Assembly: GCA_030141605.1 (NCBI GenBank)
Contig: JAQGDQ010000033.1
Location: 62,001-126,000 of the forward strand
From: Tubiluchus corallicola
Taxonomy: Eukaryota > Animalia > Priapulida
Length of the DNA stretch: 64,000 bases
Direction: 5' to 3'
Shown: positions 25,201-38,702 of the stretch, piece by piece
Numbering within the stretch: position 1 is the stretch's first letter
Layout of the letters: every line of letters begins with the position of its first letter
The notes under the pieces: model-generated
The model's input: the letters and a program-made list of their open reading frames with translations, nothing else
The model's database searches: none
What the model was told of the DNA's origin: nothing
Program-made: the position numbers and the translations under genes

Positions 25201-28200
25201 GTATGAGATTTGCTGAGGTCAGTGCAGCCGATCACAGCAGCTCGCTGGTTGGCTGGCTGTAATTATAATCTATTGAGCGCGGCGGACGAACAATAACCAT
25301 GTAGCAAAGCTTCAAGAGATCTCCACAGCAGAACTGAAAAAGAGAATACCCACAGGCATGCTATAGTAAGCAGTAACAAAAAACATAGGGTTTCAGAAAT
25401 AAGTTTGTGCTCTAGTTATTTAACTTTTTATGTATAGCTAGTTCAACTAAATAAAATACGGAAATGAAGATGAGAACATTAATAAGCAACGAGTTCGGCA
25501 GCACTCCGTTTCCGTAACATTAGTGTTTCGCCATACGTCAAGTTCGTCGTCATTTGAGCAACAAGTTTCATGCTAAACACAGTACTTCAAACACCTTTTT
25601 TAAAGGCAAAATCTAGTTTAAAATGCTACTCATTAACTTTTACATGGCCACCGCGAAATTGGTTTTTGTCGGCAGTGAAATAATTTAGGAAGTTGATATT
25701 TTGCACAGCGATATCTGGATCACCTTGGAACCTGTTGATTTTTATGTTGTTGGTGCAGATTTGAACTATCACTTTTTGAAATTTGAATTTTCCAATTTTT
25801 TAAATGTTAAATAACATTCTAGTTAAATCAAGCCGACAACGATCACAGGCAGTTTATTTCCTTTAAAAAAACGTGCACACATCAACATTGGTAGATAATT
25901 AAACAATTATTGGAAATGCTCAAAACAGAAAACAGTTGTCAGCTAGAAATTCAAGTTTTTTTACTAGCAAATGTAAAAAACATGTCATGTAAAAACTTCT
26001 AGTTTTATATTATAACTATAATTGTATTATGATGTGCATTGTTCAATTATGTCCATTATAGATAGCCCATATAATCAAGATTAAGAGTTTTCGATGTTTA
26101 TGTATATACTTAACGAATAAAGCATTTTTAAATTTTGTTGTTTGAAAATGAAGGTTGAACACAGCACGAATTTCAACGCTTGAATTAAGGAGATTTGTCG
26201 TTAGCGAATTCAGAGGGGAACCTTCTGGTTATTAATGTTTGATTAATTTTTTCAGTGTGATAAGACTACTGTAACGCAAAGCATTGCAGCGCATTCAACA
26301 GAAAGAGTGTGCGGCTGCAAACGTCAAACGTTTAAACTTATTATACGTACACATTCATCACAGCGCTCACGCACCGGCAATTCCGCCATTTTTGGAAAAG
26401 CAAAATTTAATATTTGACAAAAATAGGCCTATTTAAACTGGATGATTAATTGTCACTTATTCAAAAATAACTTTCATAAAAACGACGAGTTTATCCAATT
26501 GTTTTGAATTCGCTTTCAAGAAGTAATGTCGTTACTAACGCGAAGATTTTGTCATTTCAATTATTAGAGACTTGAAAACGCTGTAATTTTCACATGTCCA
26601 ATTTGTTTGTATCGTATGATTACATTTTATTGTGAAATTCGTAAAAAATTGCCAGCGGGTTTTGCGGAGTCAGTCATTAAGCAATCAACGTCTTGTTTAT
26701 ACCGCATATAAACGCTAATTGTAGAATAATTAAGAGATGATCGTCGCAGTAGAGATTATAGTTTTTAAGTGCTTTAGGCTTCCGGGTGGCGTAACCATGT
26801 GCAGGGTGTTCGTGATGTTTCTCGTTGTAAAAAAATTAGAATTGGAAGCGACAATTAGTTAATAATTGTAACCTGCTGAACGTAGGTCTCAAACTAGAAA
26901 AGTTTACATATTTGACAGTGAAATCTCTGGTTATTTCTAAAAGGACCTCTACTGTTCATCCAGGAGGCCAGCGCTACACATGTAGATGATGTTGTTAGCT
27001 CATTTACTCACAGTTCCTAATCACTATATTTTCCATCAAAGGTAACGCGGCGTGAAATTGCGCTCATGTCCCTGATTGCGTGACAGGTGGGCTCAGCATC
27101 CGAGCGCACAATGCTTGATAGGACCACCCGCCCGCTCGCCAGGGAGGAGGCGGCAATCAGATCACTCCACAGCGTCTGCAACCTCTTCCATCACGCGATA
27201 ATAAGGTGCATAGGAAAGCAATACAGGTAATGAGACAAAACAGTGATACCCACTTGACACAGCTGTTCCGGCTTCCTTAGCTTTCCCCTTCACATCTGTA
27301 CCGATGGGGGAGGTAGGTTAGTAAGAGATCGGGATCTATCACAAGCTGCAGCAAGGTGCTCTTCATTTGAGGCAAATTTGGCTTCGCAATTTACGAGAGT
27401 ACTTATTGGTAACATCATCATTATTAACTGAGCGTTGACCCATCTACCAAAATAAGCAACGTAACTGCTTGTGCTATTTGTTTTATTGCAAATGTCATAT
27501 CTACTATCGTTGTTTTACTATGTAGAACCATGTCGAGTGAAATGGCAAGTTCCCGATCAACAAATCATTGTTAATTGGTTAAAGGTTATCTAGTAACCAA
27601 ATCTGCAGTAAGAAAACAATCATTTTGAAGATTAAATAATCAAAATGTTTTATCCTTGTTGACTTGCTCTATGCGAACGATTACAAAATCAACCATGCAG
27701 CGGTATTAATACGAATGCCTTTGAACAATTTGTAGACAAAATAAGTGAAATTAATTCAAATTTGTAAAACTGTATAAGTTTCCGCACGTTAATGTTTTAA
27801 TTGACGTAAACTTGCCAGTTATTATCTATTGACAATATATTTGAACCACAATTGTTGCCGGAGCATTAAGAAACTCATTATCATAAAAAACTTCAATATA
27901 AAATTATAATCTGTCGCATCATCTCAATTATTTATATACTCCCTGGGTGACGGGGGTAGGTACAAATCATTTACATGGCGAATCGACCATCAAATTTTTG
28001 TGCCCGTGTATTGTTAATTGCCAAGACCTTACACAAGTTTGAGGAGTGTGTTGACTGTCTTCTATAAGATATACTACAATACATTCATTTTCCGCATGGA
28101 AGTAATTCATTTAAAACGAATGTTTTGCCTGCCAGGCAAGGCTGTTCAGTCCAAAGTTTCATTGCCTCGAATGAGTTTCCGAGTTTTGCAATTTAAATCC

Positions 28201-31200
28201 AGCAACAAAAGCTAACTGAATTTTATTTCGATGGCACAGACACATACATTTCCGTAGTAAGCGTACTCGGAAAAACTCACAAAGTACTGTCAAAGCGCTC
28301 TCAAAGGATTATGAAACATGCCAGTATAACTGCAATTACTTGACCAACTATTTTCAAATGTTGAACTATTTAAAACAGAAAAATATTAAGACTGTGTTGC
28401 GCTTTTTTTAAATTAATAATTCCTTTTAACTTAGCGAATTTAGTGATACTACCTTTAACCAATGGAATGACTTCTTTATCATGGTAAACCAGTGTCAAGT
28501 TCATGTGATAAGTTTCACTGATGCAAACTACACTAATGTAGAGAATTATCGCTTCCGCACCAGCCCCTCAATCCTAGCTAGCTATATCTGTTCACCAGAG
28601 CTTTGGCAGCCTAGTTCTCGTCTTCATTGGTCATAATGATTGAATAAATAAGAACGAGAAGTTATTCATTAGAATATTATTCACTTATATCTAATCATTT
28701 TGCAGCCAATAAATCCTCTACTTCCATTTCATATTCATATTCGTTTTTTTCACCTTTTGCTTTTCTCAAACATTATTAGATTCAAAAATTAATAAAAAAG
28801 GAATTTATTCGTTCATCAACCACAAATCTTGCAAATAACATTATGTATAATTAATTAATCAGATAATTATCAAATAATTACTTTAGGATCACAAGTAATT
28901 ATATATCAAAATTAAAATATGTTAATTGCTCTAGGGAAAATAAAGGAAATGCTGAAAAAATTCTTGGATCGAATCAGAATCCATCGATATCACACGAAAG
29001 TGAGTCGTCCAGTAGCCTAACATGTTGAGTTTGTAAGCTCAGGTATATCTGTAAAAAAAGCCAAGCTCATTTCCACTTTTCATATTTTCTTCTGGCGACC
29101 ACACTTGGACTGAAAATTTAATAAAACGTGGGTTTTTTATCGTCAGTTAATATTGTAAATTAAGAGTATGCAAAAATACGGAGATTTATAAATTATTAGT
29201 TAATCTTTACCTTTTTGCGGAATAATAATGTCTTAATTTCATCCCGTAAAATGTCATGTCACATTAATTATTATCGCTAACAGATCTAAGGGGTACGGTG
29301 GGTAACCTCAATAGTTAAGTATATTTTATTTGGAGCAAATATTTATAATTTGTATTCTTGCAACACTTTTGTGTGATACATACACACAAGCATCTTAACT
29401 TTTCTAGCACAATTACAAAGGCGTCGTTTCATCACTATGCTTTAAAGCGATTATAAAACGGCAACATGTTCCGCCTTTAATGACCATGTCGCTTTTAATT
29501 TGTGCATTAATTACTGACAGCAGCTACATGATCGCTCCAGTTCACTAATGCAGCGCTTAATGTGTTGTCCATTCACTCACCATCAGCTAAAATAATGGCA
29601 TATTGAAGACAGAACACTGACAACTGTTATTAAACTTACAGACATGCAAGATCTTTGCGATACACAAAGGACAAAGTTTGCCATGCCTATTGAGAGCCTG
29701 AATCAACTTTCGTTCCTATAGACTATACTCACACTTAAAGTTTATTTGCAATGACAACGGCAATGGACACAATAATGGTAACAACGATCCGTAAAAACTA
29801 GTAACTATGACTTCCGCAACAGGTTAGTTTTGTAGCCTAATTACTATTACCTCAAATAATGTAACAATAATCTAGATAATCCCTGGACATCAAAATAGTG
29901 CGATATGCAAACATAGTGGTGGGGGAACCCGACCAGGAATTAAAGAAAAGAGGTTAAATGTTCTAAAAAAATATTTTTACAGTTTCACAAAGGCCCATCA
30001 ATTAAACTAATATGCCTGGCAGATTAAATGAGAAAAAAAGGAAAAATAAAATGTACATGCGTTAAAAAATAGACAGAACCTTTGTGACCAGACATGGAAT
30101 GAAAAAAGTAGCGACCAAAATATTTACAATGGTGGTTGCTTATCGCAAAATTTGCTGAATGACATGTGATTTGTAGTTTTTATACTAATATAATGATTGT
30201 ACATTATTTTCTTAATTCACTTGGCAACGCAAAGAAAGACATTTAGTAAAGCTTCTTCCACAATTCTTCTGTGAAAATTCATTTTATGATTTTGCGAATA
30301 ATGGTTGTTATTGCTAGCCATATCTATGCAGCCCTGTCAACTTCGCGTTTGAGTGACGTCACCCCGTTTTGCTGATTCCTCATCTAATGAGTGAACGAGT
30401 CAGCAGAAATTGAATTACCTGTTCTGTCGAACTGTTAGTCCGCTGATCAATCTATACAATCATCATTAGAAGTGCATTTACATTTTTGATGAGCGACGTC
30501 GGAAATTCCTTTAGGCCAAGTTGACCCCTAATAAGTAACTGTAGAAGAAAAAGCTCAGTTCTCATTAGCGCCTAACGTTCGACGTTAGCTGGAATATGAC
30601 TTAGCAAAGATGTGACAGATTAGAGAGTCAAGCTTGTGGTAAATAACCAGAAATTTGTAAAATCAGTTTGTGTTGATGACTTTACAGCAATTTCGAGTCG
30701 CTGTATTGTATAAATATGATCCCTTCTGACGCGCAATTAGGTCAATGCAAGTTATAGCGCTGGCGTGTAATATATAACAAGTTTTTGTGATTTTTTTCTT
30801 CGCAGCAGAATTGACATCTACAAGCCAAACTGCATTTAGCAGAAAGGGATTTTTGCGTTATTCTTCACAACATAAAAACCTTTTGAATGCCTTTGCATCA
30901 TTGTTTTGTGGGTTTATATACATGTCCATATAAATTTATATATATATATTACCTTCCATTTATAACAATTACTTTGGGCTTATATAAGAGCAACCTCGCA
31001 TGAAAAATATTTGTGCCTGCATGCACGGCTTTGTCATTTATTTGTTAACAATGCTGTTTTTCAACCACCTCATGCATCATGCACCTCAGTATTATATGAT
31101 CTATTCATTCATCCTTCTATAAAATAAACATACGTTTGAGAAGATGGTTAGATATGAAGGTTTAAAATATCTGTTGGGACTATAAATGTTAACAGTAAAA

Positions 31201-34200
31201 AAGAAAATGTATTCAAATTTTGAAGTTTACCAAGAAATAAAATGTATTTTACAGTAAAACGTGTGTGCTAAATGATAAATAAATTTATTATTTTAAACGT
31301 TGAAAGTGGTTTACACACGCTATAATTTTGCAAAGAAACTAGGAAAAACTAGATGAATGATCGCTTCGGCAGAAAATCGAGGAAATAAATGAGCGGATTT
31401 ATTAAAAACACGATACCCACGCCAAGAAGGGCTATTAAAATTTACAAGAGGTTATCACTAATAATACACTATTTAGTGAGGCACTGAGTGGATATATCAA
31501 AAATTTGTGTAGCGCAGGTACAGTTTTTAATTATCTCCAGCAAATTCTTATGTAATTATTTTTCAAATTGCCCGCAAATTGCATTATACTAATTTGTGCA
31601 AGACGCGAGTCACGTGGAATACAGATTGTTGGTTTCCTGCATTTGCATGCATGAATTTATTCGGTCAAAAATAATAATATTCGGCTTCAAAGTATGTATA
31701 TCACGTGGATTCGCAATCATGCATTTACAAAGACTATATAATTATTAATACTTAACTGAATAATGTTTTTATAAGTTTATTGTTGTACAGCGCACACACA
31801 TTTGATTTTTCTAAAGATTAAATACCCTAATTTTAAGCCTAGCCTAGAATTATTGCACTAATTTGATTAATCGCACCAATATTATGAGGATTAAATTTTG
31901 ACTATTTTTGCAACTTTTTCATCAATGTGCGAAACCTGAAGCATGGTCATCGGCCATTCTTGCTTTCTCTCAAAAAAGTCGAAAGAGGCCTAACAATTCA
32001 GACTATAAAACAGGTTTACAAAATTCCAAAGTTATACAACAATCAAGTCGCATGGCCCTTAGTCATGATGTGAAAAGAATGATTCATCGAAGATGTGCTT
32101 GAAATTCGGGATGTGCACATCTGGTCACAAGTCCATCCCCAGCAGGGCCCCCGCAGTGCTACTCTTAGAACTTACACAATGCCTGCTCACTTTACTCAAC
32201 TCTGCACGCGACCAAACAATAGCATTTGTTCTCAAGAAACCTACTTGTCTTCTAGAGTAGAGAATAGTAGCAAGGAAGACTGAATCTGTGTAGCAAGAAG
32301 GTGGCCAGCGTTTATTGAATTATAAGCTCTTCGCACAGTCACATAAGTTGACTTATTGTTCAGAAGCAATAAGATTTTTATACCTTTGTCTTAAGATATA
32401 CCCAATTAAGTAACTTACAGCCGAAGCAGAATTTTATTGTTAGGAATGGCAAGAAACAAGTTGAACCTATTTCAGCTTGCTCAGGATTTATTACCTTTCA
32501 TTCTTTAGATGTAACGTAGATTTCACAATTTTTTAAATTACTTCGATTTAACTTTTTTAAGTTAAGAAAAGCTCACGGACGTCGATGCGGTATTTTTTAT
32601 ATCCGCTCTCAGATCAAAAATGCTTATTGAAAATCGAACGGTCAATTTTAAAATGCTTTGTTATAAAACATGCCATCAGAGAGTTAATGTATTACACGTG
32701 ATTAGTTACATCACGCTGTAGCTAAAGCGAGTTAATCTCGGTTAATCTCCGTAATTACCTTAATCCGGATTAAGATCAAGTGTGCGATATTGTTAAGTGC
32801 AAGCAGTCAGAGATAGAAAATTGTTCGTTATTATTATTGTCATCGTCACTGTTATTAATGATAATGATAACTCAGTCGAGAAGATTGTCAAGTCAGTTCT
32901 ACCTGGTTGTTTGTTTGATTGTCCATTCGTCATGTCACTTATGTGTGGAATAATTCTTATCGCGACTATGTTTCTTGACAAAAAATGTCATATTTTTTGT
33001 AAAATTTGGCAGACTGCAAGCCAAAATCCATCGCTCAACATCATCCATCGTAGAATAATTATGGTTACACCGGAACGAATCATTTTCAAGCACAATTTTC
33101 TTGGGCGAGACTGCCAACAGGCAGATGTATTTACTGCGTATAATAACTATAACCACTTTAGCAAGCAAATGGTGGGGAACAGCATGGCAGATGAAACCGC
33201 TAAGAAACTGTCACCCATCCGTCTCGTAGTCGTGGAAGTATAATCATCGACTCATTATTGTTTACAAGACTAAAAATTGTTTACAAACATAGGAAATTAC
33301 GGAAGTGACATTTCTGTCATCAGCTCAAGTTCTACATGCTGTGAAGAACTGGGAAGGTAGACCTACTAAATACTGGTGACGATGAAGCCAATTGGACGGG
33401 TTGCTTGTCTGACAAAAGCCCTCATTAGCCGGAATAATTAATAGTCGCAGCTGCTCGCCAAAACATCTTCACTTGAGGCACTATCGACTTGTAATGTTAG
33501 GACATTCACGAATGCTGATTAGCCTGGAGAATGTTTGCGCTTACATCATTGTTATCGCTTCTCGGCAAATATCTCAGCTTCTCCGATTCTAATTCGTAAA
33601 ATAAATCGTCAAACAGACAATAGAAAATAACAAGTTTGTTCATTCAGCACCTATAAATTGGCGAAAAAAATTCGTTTGACTAATTTATTGGAGTTCTTAT
33701 AATACAGTGCGATTATATTCTTAATTAGTTCGCTGGGGTTTCGGTTAGTCATTCGTCGGCTCGTAAATCAGTCAGTCGGTAAGATGGGTGACTGGCTGAT
33801 TGGTTGGCTAAAAATTAAAGCTGGTAAATGAATTACTGCATTCTAATGAGTTCAAGTTTTCAACAGAATTTACTACCGATGTGCTACAGTACTATCTACG
33901 GGTTAAAATTAATAGTTCAATTTTATTAAAATCCAAGTTTTTCGAAATTGCGTATTTGTCAAGTAAAAGCTTAGATTACCTTTAAAAACAAATAGAAAAT
34001 TATGGGTAAGTGTGAAGCCTCAGACACAAATTAATATTTTAAATAGATTAGCTTGAATTGGCAGTATAAAATTGATTTCTAAGCTACAGATTTTCTAATA
34101 TTTTCATCATATACATGTATTCGGTACGTTTATTCCGGGCGTACTAGTATTAAACACACGCAGAAGTTACAGAAAAACACTGCAGAGCTTTTCTGTGGTA

Positions 34201-34599
34201 AATTTAGATGCAGAGAAATTAATGTATATATCAAGCCCTTCCGTTTCTAAGATACATACTAAATTTCTAAGATACAGCGGAGAAAAGCAAAGGAATCTAT
34301 AGGCTGTTTGTCGGGGCAGAAGGTAACGCAAAATTTGAACCGGTTAAAATATGTTTTTGCACAATTTGTTCTTCAAACTAATCTTATGGGTAACGAGTAT
34401 AGGAGGATGTCTATACAATAACAGTATACTTTAGTGCAGTTACCTTACGCATAGTTACCAAGTGAAATTTACTAATTATAAATCATAAAGCATGCAGAAA
34501 ATCCTGCCTTTCGAGAAATAGGATGACCGGCTAACAAGGAAATGAAAGCACATTCTTGCTTGGAAATTAAATTTTACCGAAAGAAAACGTAAAAAACCG

Positions 34600-34671
34600 A
34601 GACTGAGATTGAATTTCAACCAGTGACGTCTAGGCTACAACCCAATGCCATGACCACTGCGCCACACAGAC
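34600..34671 (-). pseudogene. tRNA pseudogene or tRNA-derived SINE head (GTA in the anticodon-like loop)
   Basis: A-box TGGCGCAGTGG, B-box-like GGTTGAAATTC, tRNA-length geometry, acceptor stem 5/7 paired, T6 run downstream; stems too degenerate for a functional tRNA. Confidence 0.6.
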
Positions 34672-35199
34672 TCTTGTGGTCAAGGCAACATTTTGGAGCA
34701 TCAACTTCTTTATAAAACACAGATTGATTTATTTTTTCATTAACTTTATCATTTATTTATTTATTTATTTTCCTGTAGTTAATTTCGAACCTAAATTGAT
34801 TTTTTGGTAATTAATTAATTGTAAATTATAATAAACATTTCAAGATAACTGTGAACGGTGAAACAAACCTACAATTTTTGAATTTCTCAAACCAAACTTG
34901 ACCGAAAAAGGAAATGAGAAAAAGTCGCGAGTTTACATGATTTGAACCAGGGACTTTTCATCACAAGCCCTACATGATCACAAGATTCAGATATAGTTTT
35001 TTAAGGACGTAAGATATCATACAATACAGAATTTGTTAGACACTACATAACATAAAAATTACAATAAACTTACAGAGTTTTTTGACATTTTTAAAAAGCT
35101 ACTGCCATAAGACATAATAAAACGTGGAAAAGTACTACAGATGATAAAATTTTTAAAATGGTTTTGTTAATAGAGTGTATGTTTTATGCATGTATCGCC

Positions 35200-35271
35200 T
35201 TTTCTATGAGATATTGGTCATGACATTGTGCTAATAATCCAAATGTCTCTGATTCGACACCAGGCTTAGTC
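35200..35271 (+). mobile_element. Second copy of the same tRNA-derived element
   Basis: TGGTCATGACATTGTGCT...GTCTCTGATTCGACACCAGGCTTAGTC aligns with the 34600-34671 copy. Confidence 0.45.
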
Positions 35272-35435
35272 CCCTAAACACCATATGGCGCTAGGTCATA
35301 GCATGACAAAATTCGTTTTTACTATAAGAAACAATATTAGTGGCACTTTCTTTAAAAAAGGCAGAATAGCAGATGGGTGATTTTGCGTGTGATGCTAGCA
35401 AGAACAACAAGGTGACATAGTTTTATGAGTAAATC

Positions 35436-35499
35436 ACTGAGTGGTCACAAACAGCAAGAACGATTCGTCTACGTCCTGTACTGTCTGTGACCACTCAGT
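35436..35499 (-). other. 64-nt stem-loop (27-bp stem)
   Basis: Arms ACTGAGTGGTCACAGACAGTACAGGACG / CGTTCTTGCTGTTTGTGACCACTCAGT pair fully on the minus strand with 3 G:U pairs and one bulge. Confidence 0.8.
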
Positions 35500-37026
35500 A
35501 AAAAGACGAATATTCATTTAGCCATGATAGGTTAAAGTATGGCTGCCAGGAACCTGTTTTACCAACAGCGTCATGCAAATTTGAAACTGATTTAGCAAAA
35601 GCTTGGCAGAATGACTTGTCATTACACAACTTGCGTACCAGTAATTGCTACTAACGAGGAGCTAATGTGATAAACCTTTCAGTGTTAGTAGACCAACAGC
35701 GACCAATGAAACTATTACTGAGTTCAGTAGACCTTTTCACCGCGGGGCTGATCTCGAATTATAAAGAGCAACAATGTTGAATTTGAATCCTGCAAATTGG
35801 AGACCCGTTTAAACAATTATAAAAAATGAATCATCAACATAATTTATTTTCATGAAATGGAACACAAAAGGGTACCGGCAGGTTGAAATAAAGCATTCAC
35901 TTTACATGGGAATTAATGTACCTTATTCTGTAGTAAGCTGTATTATCATCAAACCTTCATTGTCATACTCAGTTTTCGAAACCCTGCAGAATGCGTACGT
36001 ACCCTCAATTTTTAAAATTTGTAAAACGTTTTTATACGTTTTGTGCAGTTCTGTTCGTTAGTATTACATATTTTGCAACGGTGTTATAACAGCGGTTCTG
36101 CTTTTTTTCTGTGTATCATTCTTGCCACGCAGAGTATCACAATAAAGCGTTTTGTTGCATCACATTTTGTTTTACTGCCACTTAACAATGAGTTTTTAAC
36201 AGAAAAGTAGGACATTTTTCTTAATTTTTCGTGCTAATAAGACATTATAAAATACAGCCAAACAGGTATAGAAATAAAAACCTGCAGGCAGTTACATCAA
36301 TTTTTTTTATTTCCTGGGAATCTTATTTCCAGATTGTAGAAAGTTTAATACACTGCATGGTCCAATAAAAATTAAATAGTTTGTTTATTTATTTATTTAT
36401 CTCTTACACATTGGTCATTATCAGTAATTTATGAAAAAATTAATCTCACTAACGTTTGATAATATAGGTAGCTGACTCGATACATGAAATTTGACAACAT
36501 CAACTTTAGTGATTAGCTGAGCGTCGAGAAGATCGACTTTTTTACATCGGAGAATTAAAAGTACGTAAATTGGCTTTTGATTTTTTTGATAAAATAAAGT
36601 AGCTTGAGTGCAGGTCATCCAGCTCTTTTGTGTTCCTGACTGCGCCCCAACAACAGAAAGTTAACCACATTTTCAGGAGAGTAATTGCCGCTAGACGAGC
36701 CAAAATCACTCTAATTGTAATAATTTGAAGAAAGTGAGCTGAAGCTAACGGTTCAATGTAATCAGCAAATGTAGTGAAAATGGGACGTGGTTATTGGTTA
36801 ATGTAAAAAGGAACAGCTACAACATATCAATTCTGAAATCGATATAACCGTGTTTGGTAAAAATCACAAGGTAAAATATTGCCCTTTTAGGCTCTTTCTT
36901 ACGTTTTATCCTCGTTTAGGCTTGCATTGTCTTTCAGAGTGTAACATTTATTTGCATTCAGTACAGATTTTTTGATGGAACATAACATAGCACCGCTGTA
37001 TTTTAATACTATATATCTTTCAGAAA

Positions 37027-37385
37027 TGAGACTGCAAGCAAATTATGTCATGTCATGGAGAGAGACTTTAAGCTCTATGAGCAAATTATCTTTTTATAGA
37101 TTATTTAAAAAAATTTTGAAGTAGAAACTTATTTAGAAAATGTTAAGAATATTAAAGACAGAAAGGCTTTGACAAAATTTAGAACTAGTGCTCATCGTTT
37201 GGTTGCTGAAACTGGTAGATATGAAAGACCACCTATTCCACGTGAAAATCGAGTTTGTGGTGTCTGCAATGTTGTTGAAGATGAATGCCATTTTTTTTGT
37301 TATACTTCTCAAGACATAATGTTGCACGTAACTTTATGTTGAACACCGTTTCTCAGTATGTTCCTACTTTTAATTAACTGAAAAT
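37027..37385 (+). mobile_element. LINE ORF2 C-terminal relic (RTE-X/L2-like)
   Basis: ...ALTKFRTSAHRLVAETGRYERPPIPRENRVCGVCNVVEDECHF zinc-knuckle-like motif with frameshifts; followed by (TACC)n. Confidence 0.8.
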
Positions 37386-37417
37386 AAAAATATGTCAATA
37401 AATCTATCTAATCTACT

Positions 37418-37534
37418 TACCTACATACCTACCTACCTACCTACCTACCTACCTACCTACCTACCTACCTACCTACCTACCTACCTACCTACCTACCTAC
37501 CTACCCACCTACCCACCTACACGCCTACCCACCT
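37418..37534. repeat. (TACC)n microsatellite
   Basis: Read directly; just downstream of the LINE relic. Confidence 0.95.
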
Positions 37535-38579
37535 AATCAAATAACAATAAACCCACACAACACACTCACCTTCCCGAAGTTTGAATAAGCGTATCAATTT
37601 TACACTAACGCTTGAGTAGTATTTTGCAATATAGGTTCAGTTTTGGTCAGATATTTTCTAAGTTATTGCCCACCAGTACGTATAAACTAAACTAACTAGA
37701 CCCTGAAAGGATGATTTCTTTATTTAAGGTTTTTAATAGGATGAATAAATTACGTGCTTTTTCAAGCACCTCCCTTTGGTATATGTAATACCTCATACGC
37801 AAAAATCCTGTCATTAAATCATTTTTAGCCCCAAGCAGTTGATATTATTCTGATCAAGAAGAGTCTAATGAATTAAACGTTTGATGCTGTTATTTTTACA
37901 TATGCCAGCTACCTTTATACACTAATAATATAAATAATACTAATCATAATAATACTAATATACAGTTTTCAAGAGGACCAAACATACTATCCGCTATTTC
38001 AAACACTTTGCTAACACTTCTTGCTACAATTAAATCTAAGCTCTTCATCAATTTTAATTTGAAGCTATAGATACCCAGTTGCAGGGCAGATCTACTGGGC
38101 TATACCAACCAGTACTTAATTTAAAGCTAAATAAAAGTGAATGTGTTTGCAAAATGTGATAGGTCCCTCTGCACATGCTTTTCTCACGAGACTAATGTGC
38201 CAGACCCTGCAGCTAATTTATACTAAAATTTACAATTTATCAAAATTTACAAGTTATTTTAACAGTAATATTTTATGTTAAATATTTAAATCCATTTTCA
38301 TAAGTCTTATCATATAGCTATCGGCTACTACTCCCACTGAGCGGACTATGACACAGAGAAAATTGTTAATGGCATAACCTATTATCACAGTACATTAACG
38401 AAATAATATTTTACGCCATTTTAGATGGATTTAATAGGCCTACATATTTTCTGGCAACACACAATTTCTATTCATGAATTCTTTCATTCGTTATTAATAT
38501 CATAAAGTTTTAATTTCGACATGTATGAGCTTCAAAATTCTCATCGCGCCTCCATATTAGATCATGTTATCGTATGAAA

Positions 38580-38702
38580 ATTCAACATGGTAGTCGCGGG
38601 ACATGCGCAGAATCTACTACACGTGTATGTAAACTGCCTTGGTCGAACAAAACGGCTTCTATATTATGCACGTATCTGCAATATTGTTGTGGCAAAAATA
38701 AG
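38580..38702 (+). promoter_or_regulatory. Putative MCFD2 promoter and non-coding first exon
   Basis: CpG-rich patch with CAACATGG (YY1-like) and NRF1-like ACATGCGCA; ends in a strong AAG|GTAAGT donor; the next exon has an acceptor 2 nt before the ATG. Confidence 0.5.

Noticed and set aside
21657-31869. P3 sites TAATNNNATTA (21657, 31859) as Prop autoregulatory elements
   Set aside because: About ten are expected by chance in 64 kb at this AT content
32797-33243. Longest ORF in the track (148 aa)
   Set aside because: Non-ATG start, low-complexity N-terminus, no recognisable domain or exon partners
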